Shown: positions 49,253 through 61,458 of the stretch, piece after piece
Layout of the letters: every line of letters starts with the position of its first letter
How positions within the stretch are numbered: the first letter of the stretch is position 1
Source: Cirrosporium novae-zelandiae
Lineage: Eukaryota
Length of the DNA stretch: 64,000 nt
Assembly: GCA_026023565.1 (NCBI GenBank)
Contig: JAPETS010000003.1
Span: 62,001 to 126,000, forward strand
Direction of reading: 5' to 3'
Made by a program: the position numbers and the translations under genes
Notes under the pieces: model-generated
The model's input: only the letters and a program-made list of their open reading frames with translations
What the model was told of the DNA's origin: nothing
Databases searched by the model: none

Positions 49253-51472
49253 ATGCGGTTGATATTTGTTTTTCTTAATCTCCTACCCATATGCTTATGC
49301 TTGCTTTACCAAGACACGAGGAGACATGTGAGAGATATTGGTAAAGGCGAGTGAAGATGGCCTGAATCTAATTAAATATCGCTTAGACTCTTAACCTCCT
49401 CTGCAGCTCAATATAATATTGCCTTGAGAAACCATACCGTTAAAATTGGAGCGATCGGAAACACAACCGTCAATACTACACGTACATATCGTGGAAGAAA
49501 TTCGAGCAAGTTGGTTCTATTCATGTTTTTGAGGCATGTTCTAACAATGCTACTTTAGCCGAATATAATGTGGTCTATGCTCGGGAACCTGGACGTAAGG
49601 AAGTCGATTGTCCTCTTAATGCGGTTTCAAAGACTGACAAGGCTCCTAGGTGTATATAATTTTGCTGCCGGAAACTCTACAGAAGGGGGTGAAACCATAA
49701 CCGCCGCGTCCATCGCTACGCCTACGGAGTCACAGGGAGAGGTTATATCTAGCGAACTTTCACTTATTGTACCGGCGAAGACCTCCAAGAAGAAATCGAA
49801 GAAAACCACAACCAAACGGAGTACGACCGAGGAAAGTATAGCTGAGAAGACTACACCAAAGGCATCTACAGAAGCAACCACTACTGCCCAGCATGCTTCT
49901 ACTGCCAAAACTACCCGGAAAGCCAAAACATCCCAGAAGCCAGCTACCCCAGCTAAGACCAAAGGTATATCTAATTATTCTACGGCCAAGGCATCAACTG
50001 CTGTCCAATCACCTGGGATCACGGCGTCTACAGACATTTTTGCTGGTTCCACAGCAGAAATAGAAACGAGTACTGCACCAGAGAAGCCACAGTCGATTAC
50101 ATTGGGATCACAGATCATTGCGTATAGCACTTTAATAATTCCGACAACGATATCCAGTGTTGCAACAAGCATCCCAGTTGTAGTGATTGGGACCCAGACT
50201 GCTCCAATTGGTCAAACAATAACCATCAACAGCATCCCCATAGGTATTCAAACTTCTAATGGGCAAACGCAAGCAGTTGTTGGAGCTTCTAGCATTCAAA
50301 CCATTGTATTATCTGCCACTCCAACCGGAACAGAGAAAACGCCTATACCTATTGTCATTGGCAGTCAGACTTATACACAAAACTCGGCATCACAATACAT
50401 TGTTTCTGGTCAGACTCTCGTCCCAGGCACCGGTATCACTCTTGGCACAGGCATTTCTACGACAGTTATCTCATTAACAACGAATAGCGCTGGAGCTCCA
50501 GCAATGGTTATTGGCAGCAGTACCTCTCTCCTTTCAGCAGCCCCATCCCAAGTCGTTATTTCCGGACAGACACTAGCAGCTGGTGAAACCATTACAGTTG
50601 GTAGTGGTACTTCCAAAAATGTCTACGAACTCACAACTGATGTGAGGGGTTCCAGTCTTCTAGTCATAGGAGGAACCAAGACGGAGCCACTAACTAGTGC
50701 AATGGCTACGTCTGGAGGAATAGGAGGATACATCATGAGCGGATTAGGTGGAGGACCATCAGTGACATCTAGTGATATTGTCCTTTTCGATCAAACATTG
50801 TCAGAAGGGGGCAGCATCACCGTTGGTACCGGCACTTCAGCTCTCATTTATGTACTGACAACAAACGATGCCGGTTCATCTATAATAGTTATGGGAGGAA
50901 CTAAAACAGAGCCTTTAGCAAGCTTCACAGTAATGGCAACAGCAACCGAGTCCCCTCTCATAATCTCCGATCAAACACTCCTCCCAGGTCACAGCATCAC
51001 TATTGGCTCCGGTACCAAAACCACAATCTACGAGCTCACAACCAACAGCGCCGGCTCCAGCGCCATAATTATCGGAGGCACAAAAACAGAACCCCTATCA
51101 GCTTTCACAGCCACAGCATCCAACTCACCTCTGGTGATTTCTGGACAAACTCTTTACCCAGGTCAAAGTATCACCGTAGGCACCGGAACCGAAACTACTG
51201 TTCTAGCACTGACGACAAATCGTGCCGGACAAACCGTAGAGATTATCGGAGGAACAAGAACGGAAACCCTTAAGACCTCGACAAAGACTTCAAAAATAGG
51301 GACGAAATCTACGGGGACCAAAACTACCAAAATTACCAAAACTAGTACCACCAGTACCGACACCGGCGCAACCCCAACCACAACAACATCAAAAGATTCA
51401 ATTGCCAAAGTAACAAGAAGTCCCGGGGGGGTAGCCGTAGCTGTTTTGATAGGCGCGGTTTTCGTTTTATAG
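49253..51472 (+). CDS. Secreted, probably GPI-anchored Thr/Ser-rich repeat protein
   Basis: Signal-like MRLIFVFLNLLPICLC (ATG 49253); three phase-1 introns lead into ORF 49568..51472; about five ISGQTLxxGxSITVGxGT...LTTNxAG...IGGTKTEPL repeats; hydrophobic C-terminus VAVAVLIGAVFVL. Confidence 0.8.
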
Positions 51473-53283
51473 AATACTTGGGGAGGATGGGAGGGGAGGA
51501 ATAATGAAATAGCTTATCCATTACTCGAACCGTATAATATTATTATCAAATATTACTTGATCAATAATTAGTGTTCTTCTTCTTTATCCAATTATTAGTC
51601 TTTATGTGGATTCGAAAAGAAAGGGCAATAGGGATGATTGGAATGCGCGTATGGAATAAGAGGGGTGTTAGTTAGAAATCTGGTACACTTATATAGGAAT
51701 CATGATTTCGTTTTAAACCCCATCCCCATCCATCCCCATATCTATTGCTTGTCATCTTAGCTTGCTTAAGAGGCATAAATAAACTTACACATCCGAGCGT
51801 CTAACTAGTATAGATTGCTATACATGTACAAACCAGGGTCACGGTTGCTGTAAGGTTAGGGTTTAAGGTTATGCTTGCATGGTTAGAGTTAAACTTATAA
51901 TCAACGACAGAAGCATATACTTATAACTTAAAGTATACCACTAACATTCATATTCAGTACAGCAGGTAGCTTCTTTTTCTTCTTCTTCTTCCACCACTAA
52001 ATATACCTCATCACACCAATCACACCAATCACTAAACATCAAACTGCACAGGCACAGGATCACAATATCTACATCCCAATTTCCATTTCCTTTTTCCAGT
52101 ATTGCTCCAGCAGAGAAGAAATAAAAAACCACCCCCCCTCTCTCCACTTTCTCCCTAAGATTATCCACTCACTCACTCACCCACTCACTTTTCTGGGAGC
52201 TTCCATTCTCCTCCTCCCCTACTACTGGTACCTAGCTAGCTAGCCCTCCACACCTAGCATACATACATACAAAACCTGCCGTATTAGTAATTTCTTCTTG
52301 TTGGTGTGGTGTATTTGTTAGTATTTGGATATTTATGAGGGTTTCGAGGAAGGTTTGTTGCTATGAGGCTGGTATGAAGCTGCTTGGTTGAGGGAGAGAG
52401 GGAGAGATGGAAGGAGGGTGGGGATGTGGGCTGGGGAGAATGAGTGGAGGGTAGGTGGTTATATTGGTATGGATATGGATATGGATGATGGAAGAAAATT
52501 AGGGAGGATAGGTTGGGTGTGGGATGGGTAGGGCGTGGTTAATGTTGTGGTTACAAGAAACAGAATGAGGTTACATGTTACACCATAGTCTATGGAAGAA
52601 TAACTATGATATCATTCTAACAATAAATATAAAAATGAATAGTAGTATAAACTGATTGATATTCTACCTCCATCAAAAAAACAAAGCTGCCGTAATTTAG
52701 ACTAAACAGGGTTTCGCGAGTGACACAGGTCTAACTTAAACTGAAATTTTAGGCTGGGCTTTGTTTATAAAAAGGGGTTTCCCCATGACCTTAAGCATAA
52801 CTTCTTTATCTCAAATTCTCTATATAAGTTTAATGGAAGGTCTCATAAGTAAATGTCATTTCTCGATTTATGATGTTGATGTCGATGTTGAGGTGTTTGT
52901 CTGAGGGCCAATAGAGGAAGAGGGTTCCCATTTTGATAGATCGAATAGGTATGCGATAGGATGAAGGCTCAGTAGGCCAGTGAGTGAGAAGACTCATGAT
53001 CACTTCAAAGAGTATGGATAATCAAGAGGTCTCGGTTGTAAGGTTGTTATATACTAAGCTTTCTCGGCTAGCATAATTAGAGAATAGTGTTGATGTCGAG
53101 AGTTAGGTTTCCTTACTAGTAATAAGCATTTTCATCTTTATAGTTACACCACTTCACAGCAATGCCATGGCAAAAATTCAAACATCCGGCTTTGGATTGT
53201 GGAGGCCTTCATGAGAACTAAGGTCCAAAAACATGTTGTCGTCGCTTTTGACTTCCACCCTTGGGCGCGGCAAATTAGAGTTT

Positions 53284-54384
53284 CTACGTTTTCGCTGGTG
53301 TGTTGCTAACGAACACTACCAGTACAGCAGCATATCTGTTTGATCATCGGCCACCCCGAGTTCAATATTATTATGTAGGTTCAGAGGCAATAAAAAAAAT
53401 GGGGTCGATACGCAGCGGTGGACCCAAATATCTCGGCCCTCCTTGCATTAGTGAGCAATCCCACAACCACCGCAAATAAACATATGAAGAGGACAATCAT
53501 CCCAACACATAGCCCGCGGCTACGATCCGATATCTGAAGGAGACACACTATGGCACCGATGAGTAGGATAGCACTCGGAAATATCGAAATGATAGCGCCT
53601 ACACGACGAACGCGGCGGGCGGGGAAATAGAAAAGGTCGTCGTTGGAAGGGATATCCGTACGTTTTTCCTATATAAAAAATGGCTTTGTGTTAGGTCTGT
53701 ACACCTCTGCGAGAGTATAGTCTCATAGCTCACCTTAAGGAACCATCCAAGATATCTTTCTATGAAGATGTTGAGTCGATCGGAATCAGCGGCAGCAAGA
53801 GTGACAAGGTCATTCTCATCATCAAAAAGAACTCTATCTCGATTTCACAGGACAGGCACGCCTTTTGAAGTGTACCACTTTCTAAATGCTCTCAATTTCC
53901 GGGAAGTTGGGTTTTTAAGAGCAAGCACTTGACTCTCGAGCACTAATGCCTCATCTAGAGAAGTCTAGTCAACAGCATTGTCCATGTGCAAAGTCCCATG
54001 CTCCCCTAGAATGAGAAACGAACGGTATTCCTTGAGTTTGACCCTAATTTCCCCCTGAAGCTCTCTGTGTCTGTTGGCCGTCTTGTTTGAGTTATCGCAA
54101 TAATCTCGCCAGCATCTTGCTACCTTCTGCACCTCTTCATTACCCCTATTCTTCGCATCTTCTTGGTCAAGGGTTTGCAGTTGGGCTTCGAGTTTGTGGA
54201 TCTCGCTTTGTAGGTAAAGTAGGTTTCTGGCACTTAAATTCTCGAATTTGCGATATATTGCTGCATCGGCATCCCTTGCGATAAAATCCGATAATGACGG
54301 GTACCCATCAACCGCGGTTGGGGGAGAGGGGCTACCGTTGGTTGTGGCAGACAGCTCAATGTCTGTATCTCCAGAAGTTGACAT
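53284..54384 (-). pseudogene. DUF6594-family membrane protein gene with one in-frame TGA
   Basis: Four exons: DGYPSLSDFIARD..IYRKFENLSARNLLYLQSEI / EALVLE...PVL*NRD..FDDENDLVTL / three TM segments ending TNARRAEIFGSTA / AYAAVLVVFVS. Premature TGA at 53845-53847. Confidence 0.85.
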
Positions 54385-54910
54385 AGAAATCGGTAACGAA
54401 TTAATACTAATCTGTGAGAGAAACAATGAGAGTGTCTTCCGTTAAAGATTGCGGGAAGCGTTTTACAAGATTCAGGCTTGACAGAATAATCATCAGCCTT
54501 GGATGCTAATCCGCCTTATGCCCAAGGGTGACAACCTAACCACTGTCACGTTGCCGTCACCAATCACCATAACCACAAAATTTCGAATATCCTACATAGT
54601 AACTCTCTTAAATTCTGCTTCTACCATCTTCTTTCCCTTTGTCATATCCACAACCTCTCAACAGTGCTTAGCAGAAAGCTAAGCAAAGCTCTATCGAACC
54701 TCTGGATACCACATATTTCCCTTACCCGTTCGACCAAGGTACTTATCTTCACTGCGGAGCTATAGCACCGTGAGGTCTTCCGGTATGAATCCTACTGACA
54801 CTAGTGAAATTATCTATGAATGTATGACTAACAAACATTACGCTTAGAAATACTTGTGACTGCAGTAGAAGGTAGCAAATTCGCCCTTTTGCTAGTGGCT
54901 GAATAAGATA

Positions 54911-56700
54911 ATGACCCAGGAGCAACTTTTGTGGGATGCCCGACGGTTTCTATCAGAGATCCCAGAGCGACAACGACTGGAAATACATAATCCTCAAGAG
55001 GCCATCTTCCTAACCTCAAATTTCATGGGGTGGCTGATAGACAACTTAAGGAAATGGCTATTTGATGTCGAGAAATTGCAATCACCATCCGGGCGGCTTT
55101 TATTGCGCGTCCGATATTTTCTATCAAAAAGCTGTGATCTTCTATGCGGGGGTTTTGCGGGTTTTTTAGAAAAAAGTTTTCATCTGCTATCTAAAAACTG
55201 TGATCCTCTATCCATGAAGTTTCGGTATCGGGATTTGTATCCAGATTTCTGGTTCAACTCAGGAATAAGGCCAAATGCCCGCGAGTTTCTATCAAAAGCC
55301 TATCATCTTCTATTCATTCACCCGGATAGAACAGTAATCTGTCACTGTGATCACTTTGGATCATCGACTTGGATGATAAGCGATCCTTGGGAATGGATTT
55401 TTCAAGGAGAACCAAAGATTTTGATGAGGAGACCTAGGAGCGCCTATGACCAGAGTCATATCGGTAATACTGCCCTACAGAAGACCCCTAAAGCCAAACC
55501 CGGCTTACAGGGATTTATAAAGGGGTCTAAGGTCTGTGCTCTTCCTGATACAGGGTCGGCTGTAAATATCATCTCTATGGCTTATGCTCGTCGAATGGGT
55601 TTACACATCGTTCCAAAAGCCTAATCTTTCCAACTTAGAAATTCCAAGAAAGTTAAATCGTGTAGTAAGCAGATATTCCTTTAATGAAAACCGTGCTAAG
55701 AAATTTAGTTTCAAGTATCTTGCTAAATCAAACAATTTGCTATAGGTGTCGTCACTACAGACTGGTCATTCTCCAATAGACCCGAAGAGACGTATCCCAT
55801 TGATTGCTATGTGCTCCCGATACGCAATTATGAACTTATTCTGGGTCGGGTCTTTCTGGCGGAAACAAGGACAATGTCTGAACACCAAGAACGGTTAACC
55901 GCTTGCGCCTTTTCAGCGGGCGATGCTTTAGGGTTCAATCTTCTAGGCACCAAATTCTAATACGTAGATGGATTTATCGCGAGCACTATTCCTGTAAAAG
56001 CTGTCCCTGATTCAGGAGTCGAGCGAAATGTCATGGATAAAAAGTACGTCAGCTCAAATCTTTACTTAATGCTGAGTTAAATTCAATCATATTTTGAATT
56101 TTAATAATGTCTAGTTACGCGACGATGAACGGCTTCAAGATCAAAAGCGGACGACGGTGCTGCAATCAATTTCAATTTGCAGACGGCAGTATCCAAGAGA
56201 CAGTGGGCCAAGTATACACGTCCTGGACCTTCTCAGACGGCAAACGCATCCCGATAACATTTGAGGTCCTGGAAAATTGTGCTTCAGATGTTATCATTGG
56301 CAGTGAAATAATTTTCGAACACAATATTTTCCAGAAGTATGCATCTTCAATTACGACAGAGGTGTCAAAAAGAAACTTCCATGAGTTAGCCCCCTTTGAC
56401 TTTATTAAGCCCTGGCAGCGGTCATTGGAGAGGACAAAGAGGATATTGAAACTAAAGATGGATACAGGCAATACAATAAATACTGATGATTTCAATGCAG
56501 CTGAAAAGCGAAGGCGTGAGGAATGGGATTGTGAGTACGACTTTGGGCGCCGTGCAAGCACTTCCGAACAGGATGCCGAAAATCGTCGGAGGGAACAATA
56601 CAAAGCGAAGAAATCCCAAAGCCAGACAACATCGACAGGGCATTCCAGTATACCACAAATCCCTAGCATCCCAACGAGCAATGCTAGTCGCCATTCATAG
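54911..56700 (+). pseudogene. Intron-containing gene with two tandem retropepsin-like (clan AA) aspartic protease domains; two premature TAA codons
   Basis: ALPDTGSAVNIIS..YARRMGL, ELILGRVFL, AVPDSGVERNVM, FQFADGS, SDVIIG; two GT-AG introns; in-frame TAA at 55622-55624 and 55958-55960. Confidence 0.75.
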
Positions 56701-56935
56701 ATGGTTTGGCTTTGTACGATATCAGGATATTTGGTACCGATATTTTGGATACAATGTTGCTATCAACTATTATATCAAATCACAGTCATCCCATCTGACC
56801 ACTTCTGCTATACTTTTCGGTTTTGGAAACTTTTGGCGTTATCTTTGAAGAGCAAGAAAGTTGATTCGGGAGATATTCATCCAGGTTTCTAGATGGACTA
56901 CTTGGTCAATCCTAGAATGATTTGTTGACACCCCC

Positions 56936-56992
56936 TAGGGAAGGGAATAAACCAGACCGTCCTATTTAGTCTGTCCTATATTCCCTTTGCTG
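56936..56992. repeat. Degenerate GACCA-family inverted repeat
   Basis: TAGGGAAGGGAATAAACCAGACC...TAGTCTGTCCTATATTCCCTTTGCTG; ends resemble the 43371 TIR. Confidence 0.5.
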
Positions 56993-57883
56993 CCCCAATT
57001 TTCCACAGAGGTCTTAGCTATCTCTATACTTTAACCTATACTTTCTATTTTCGTTTATTTTTATTTATATCGCTATCAAACACATTCTCATTAAGTTAGT
57101 AAAATATTTGAAATATAAATACGGAAGTTAACCGTTTACAAAAAAAAACTAGAGAGAGGGCACACATATCCTAAAATAAGGGAAGCGTGCTAACAATTCT
57201 TCTAGATTACTACAGCGAGAGGGGGGCGGGAATTGTTAGGTCCTATACAACTCTCTACTAATTATCTTAAGTAAAGTACACCTTTGCGTTAATAAGGGCG
57301 GTCACTCCGTTTCCATCCCCCCCCCCCCCCAAAAAAAAGAAATCATAGACTACAAAAGAGAAACATCGAATAATTAATCTCTCCAAGTAACCCGGGTACG
57401 GGGGGGGGGGGGGAAGGCCTAGAGGAGTTCATGGGGTCGGTTAAAAAGCGAGGTGAGCGCAATGCGATACGCACAAAGAATCCAAAAGCTGAGAAAGAAG
57501 GTATGCACTGAGGCCTATTTATATAGGGCCTTAAGACACCTAAAATAGGCGCTTAAGAACTACCTGGATATAGGTAGGTGGGTACTGTATGTATGTAGTT
57601 CAAAGTGATTCGATAAAAACTTTAAATTAGGGAGGGATAAGCCCTAGGTTTACCCAGGGGGGGGCGCGCCGAAGAGCCCAAAGCCTAGGGCTGCAAGCCC
57701 CTTGTCCACCATAGCTTATAATTAAGTGACATGCTGATATAAAACAATGAGTTATTATTATCATCATCATCATCATCATCATCATTAATCAATCTCTCCG
57801 AGTAGGAAATTCTTCTAGGCCATTCACTCTTGCTAGAATCATAGCTCTGAGACTTGACCCTACTAAGGGCTTAAGGGTGGTGA

Positions 57884-57917
57884 TCTGGTCTAGTTGGTCT
57901 GGTCCATATTCCCTTTT
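57884..57917. repeat. Solo right-arm-like copy of the GACCA TIR
   Basis: TCTGGTCTAGTTGGTCTGGTCCATATTCCCTTTT resembles 43517-43540. Confidence 0.35.
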
Positions 57918-58761
57918 CTTCCCATTCCCTTCTCTTCTCATTCCCCTTTCCTTAACCATGTGAAAAGGAAAGAAATTTTCGTACATGTATATATATACCT
58001 GAATAAAAAAAAGAAAAAGGGGGATAGATATCTAACCCCCCTCCCTTCCACCAAAAAACTAAAAGCAGTTTGAACTTTAAAGGAATGAAGAATCTGTTCT
58101 TTTTTTTTTGCTATATAATGTGTTTATTTGCTTATTCGTTTGTATAATAGAAGACTTTGCGTCGTTGCGTCGTTGCCTTCAAGTTGTCTTCATTTATCCC
58201 TATCTATTTCTATACCCGCAACAAGCCTACTTAGCTAAATTAGAAAAACCTTACAACTCCTTTTTTACACAAATAGGTTAAGAGAGAGAGAGAGGACTTA
58301 TCCATCCTCCTACAACTCTCCCGGTGTTAAAAAAGAAGTACCCCTTTAGGGGAGCGAGCGTCCTCTCCCTCGAGCGAGTGATATATGTCCGCTCGAGCTT
58401 AAGAACAATAAAAGGATTATATATAATATTATTCATCAGTCAATCAAGTAAATTACAATACATTAATGCCATTTCATTTACTTTTCTTGGCTGGAATAAC
58501 CAACCGTTCACAACGTGCATATTAGGTTGATTGGTTGGTTAATGGTGTAGCATATATAATAAGATGGTCGCGAGTGTACTGTACACTTTAGGGATCAAAA
58601 ATTAAATGCCTATTTAAAGAGGATCCTAATAAATAGTGTATCGGTATACTGTGGTCCGTGTAGGGGGTATGGTATATACAGACAGTAGTGTTAAAAAATC
58701 CTAACACTCTGCTCTGATTTGCGGCCACGCTACACAACGAGGCCCTTCAATTCCATCACCA

Positions 58762-61458
58762 TCATCCAATACACCATTCCCTCACCCTCAACTTCCTACA
58801 ATTAATCCTCAACGCATCCCTCGGAGGTTTCAACTTCTCACGAATTCTACCGCGAATCGTATTTCGTCTCAGACAATCCTCCACATTCGCTTCAAACCTT
58901 GCATGGATGATGCCATTATTTCTCTCTCCTATTTTTGAGATCGATACTAATATGGGACTCATGGTTTCGGAATTCTCTAATAGGATTGCTAGCTGTCGTT
59001 TGGAGCGTGAAGGAGAGTTATTGCTGTCGGAAGGGAAATAATTGTACCAGGAAATTCGTTGTGGTGGTTGAGAGCTGGAGCTTGAGCTAGAGCTAGGGGA
59101 GAATAAATGCAAACTCCCCCAGTATTCTGGCATGTCATTTTCATAGCTGGCGAACACAGCTAGAAGGCTATCATCGACTCGGCCACCTGTGGCTACATTT
59201 ATCGGCTGCAAATTATGCTCCAGCAGGAGTCCATTCAGCACGACCGTAAGGCCGTTCTCGGAGACTTTTCCAAGCTGAGCCCCCGGAGCCATTCGCGGGA
59301 TTTTCTGAGGTTGACGCAGAAACGTTCTGGGAGCCCATCTCCATCCGTCGTATGGCATTCTCGGAAGTCTGTAGAATATAATGTTTGAAGGTATCTCGCC
59401 AAGCCCCTGCCAGAATTTCTTCATCCGAGCTTCTAGATCTGCGGTTTCGAAAAGGGGGGAGACGTTCAGGCCGATTAAGGAGCTGATACAGATGGTCTCG
59501 TCTTCGATATGGCTGGTTGTTCTTCTGGGAAGAGCACGCGCAACAACTTCTAAAATCCGAGCAGGAGTATGGAATTGTGATAGGGCAGCTCGCTGTCCCG
59601 ACTGATGGTAATTATCACTACTGGAGGATCGGTTGAAATAGTCACCACGGATTTCATGGAATATCTCGGTTTCAAGGGTGACTAGTGAGTTCCATAGTTG
59701 TTCTCCCAGGCGGCTATGCAGCATGCCATCGCATTCTGAAGGATATCCGGAATCGTGAAAACTTTGAGCTATTGGTTCCCAGACTGCATGAAGGGTATCG
59801 ATATGTGCAAGGCTTTTGTTCAGTTTCTGAGCATCTTGTCGTATCTCTTCCATATCTGGGTCTTCTTGGGGTGGGAGGTTAGCGTAAAGCTGACGAGATT
59901 TGAAAGATTCTGGATCTCGATATGCTAATGCTCGTACAAGTAATTTGTCACACGAAGAAAGTTCCTTTTGAGGTGCCAGATATGTCGAAAGCTCTTTGAA
60001 ACTTCCACCAGTGAATGGCAGGAGTGAGTCGATACTTATGGCAGCCTCTTTCATTTGGATATATACTTCCGCTGCCAAGATCCCTTCTTGTAATGTCCAT
60101 AGCCTTGAAACCCATGGCGAATACCGGATGCGAACTAAAGTTTCACTATTCGAAATATGCCGACTACATTGCTGGAGAGAAGAATCAAGTACCAGAACCT
60201 TGTCAGCTTGAATATAAGTATCAGCCATCCGAAGGATCGCTTTCTTCCTCGCGTTTCTCTCCAATGGCACACACATCGTGTCGATCCAAAATGGGACAGG
60301 GTCATCCATCTCATCGTATAGCGCGTTAACAAGAGCTTGCACTCTCCAAAGCTGACACCTCGGCAAAGAATTTTGGTGCGGATTACCCATCCCATCCGAC
60401 CACACATGGGAAATAGCCACATAGCGTTTGAGATTCCCTGAGGCGGTTTCGGAGGCCTCTACTACCAATTTCCCATTGGAGCCGCTTTCTATAACCATTT
60501 TAATTAATAAAATACCGCTCTGTAGTACGATATCTGCCGCAGAGTCCGGAACGAGAAGTTGTTCACACCCTAGGCAATCATCCGTATGCTTCGTCTGGTA
60601 GCTGCTTTCGTCAATGTCGTCAGCTCTGCATCCATAGTCTGATAGACCAGTGCATTTGGAGTGGTCTTTCCCCAATCCCGATCTGCCCATTGAAGCCAAG
60701 AAGACTCTCGAAGTGACGTCGGCCTCCTTTTCGATTCGTTCGATCTCTCCAATACACCATTTCGCTTTGATCAGCCATTGTCGAACAATAGGAGGCGCGC
60801 GCCATTGAAGTGCAAGCGCTGCAGCGCGTTTTGAGCGAAGGTAGATATCTTCTGTTCGGACACCACCTACTGCCTCACTCAGGATCACGATGGATAGCAG
60901 CACGAGTTCTCCAAGGGAAGGCCCCTCGGAAAGAAGATTAGCATGGTTCTCAGCTGAGTTCGAGAGATGAGAGCTGGATAGCAGGTTCTTATCAATAAGC
61001 GCATTCACAACCATATTAGCCAATTCGATGATTGAATTGATATCCTCCTCCTGTTCCTGGTCGTCTGCGGGGTCATTGTGTACCTGCCTTGCCTGCCAAT
61101 ACCGTATATAGAGTGACAATTTCGCTGTTGAGATGAGCCACGGTCTTTCCGTCATAGCCCCTTTCTTCAAAAAGTCTTCTACATTAAACGGTACCCTCAC
61201 AGTCGTGAAAACTGCCCGCAAAAGACCGAAAAATAACCATCCCTGGAGGAATGCTGCAACTTTCAACCCCAAACCTCTCCCCGCAAGCTCACCTCGTTTG
61301 AGCGCTTCGAGATCAAATCCATGTCGCGCTGGGAACTCGATAAAACTCGCTTTACCGCTTTCCCCAGATCCACCCAGGTCTTCAATCTCGCGAGAACAGA
61401 TAAATGGGATTTGGAAAGACGAGCGAGCCTTCTCACTCACCTGCTGGAGGTGTTCCAT
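58762..61458 (-). CDS. HET-domain (heterokaryon incompatibility) protein, 898 aa
   Basis: FLQGWLFFGLL, YVAISHVWSDGMGNPHQNSLPRCQ, FWIDTMCVP, MADTYIQADKVLVLD, WVSRLWTLQEG, RTTSHIEDETIC and GWRWAPRTFL; single intact ORF. Confidence 0.92.
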   Translation of the reverse strand: MEHLQQVSEKARSSFQIPFICSREIEDLGGSGESGKASFIEFPARHGFDLEALKRGELAGRGLGLKVAAFLQGWLFFGLLRAVFTTVRVPFNVEDFLKKGAMTERPWLISTAKLSLYIRYWQARQVHNDPADDQEQEEDINSIIELANMVVNALIDKNLLSSSHLSNSAENHANLLSEGPSLGELVLLSIVILSEAVGGVRTEDIYLRSKRAAALALQWRAPPIVRQWLIKAKWCIGEIERIEKEADVTSRVFLASMGRSGLGKDHSKCTGLSDYGCRADDIDESSYQTKHTDDCLGCEQLLVPDSAADIVLQSGILLIKMVIESGSNGKLVVEASETASGNLKRYVAISHVWSDGMGNPHQNSLPRCQLWRVQALVNALYDEMDDPVPFWIDTMCVPLERNARKKAILRMADTYIQADKVLVLDSSLQQCSRHISNSETLVRIRYSPWVSRLWTLQEGILAAEVYIQMKEAAISIDSLLPFTGGSFKELSTYLAPQKELSSCDKLLVRALAYRDPESFKSRQLYANLPPQEDPDMEEIRQDAQKLNKSLAHIDTLHAVWEPIAQSFHDSGYPSECDGMLHSRLGEQLWNSLVTLETEIFHEIRGDYFNRSSSSDNYHQSGQRAALSQFHTPARILEVVARALPRRTTSHIEDETICISSLIGLNVSPLFETADLEARMKKFWQGLGEIPSNIIFYRLPRMPYDGWRWAPRTFLRQPQKIPRMAPGAQLGKVSENGLTVVLNGLLLEHNLQPINVATGGRVDDSLLAVFASYENDMPEYWGSLHLFSPSSSSSSSSQPPQRISWYNYFPSDSNNSPSRSKRQLAILLENSETMSPILVSISKIGERNNGIIHARFEANVEDCLRRNTIRGRIREKLKPPRDALRINCRKLRVREWCIG

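Noticed and set aside
51851..51870. Telomere-like TTAGGG sequence (also near 45020)
   Set aside because: One or two imperfect units only; not an array.
54911..56700. LTR retrotransposon protease
   Set aside because: The gene has spliceosomal introns and two protease domains, with no gag, RT, integrase or LTRs nearby.
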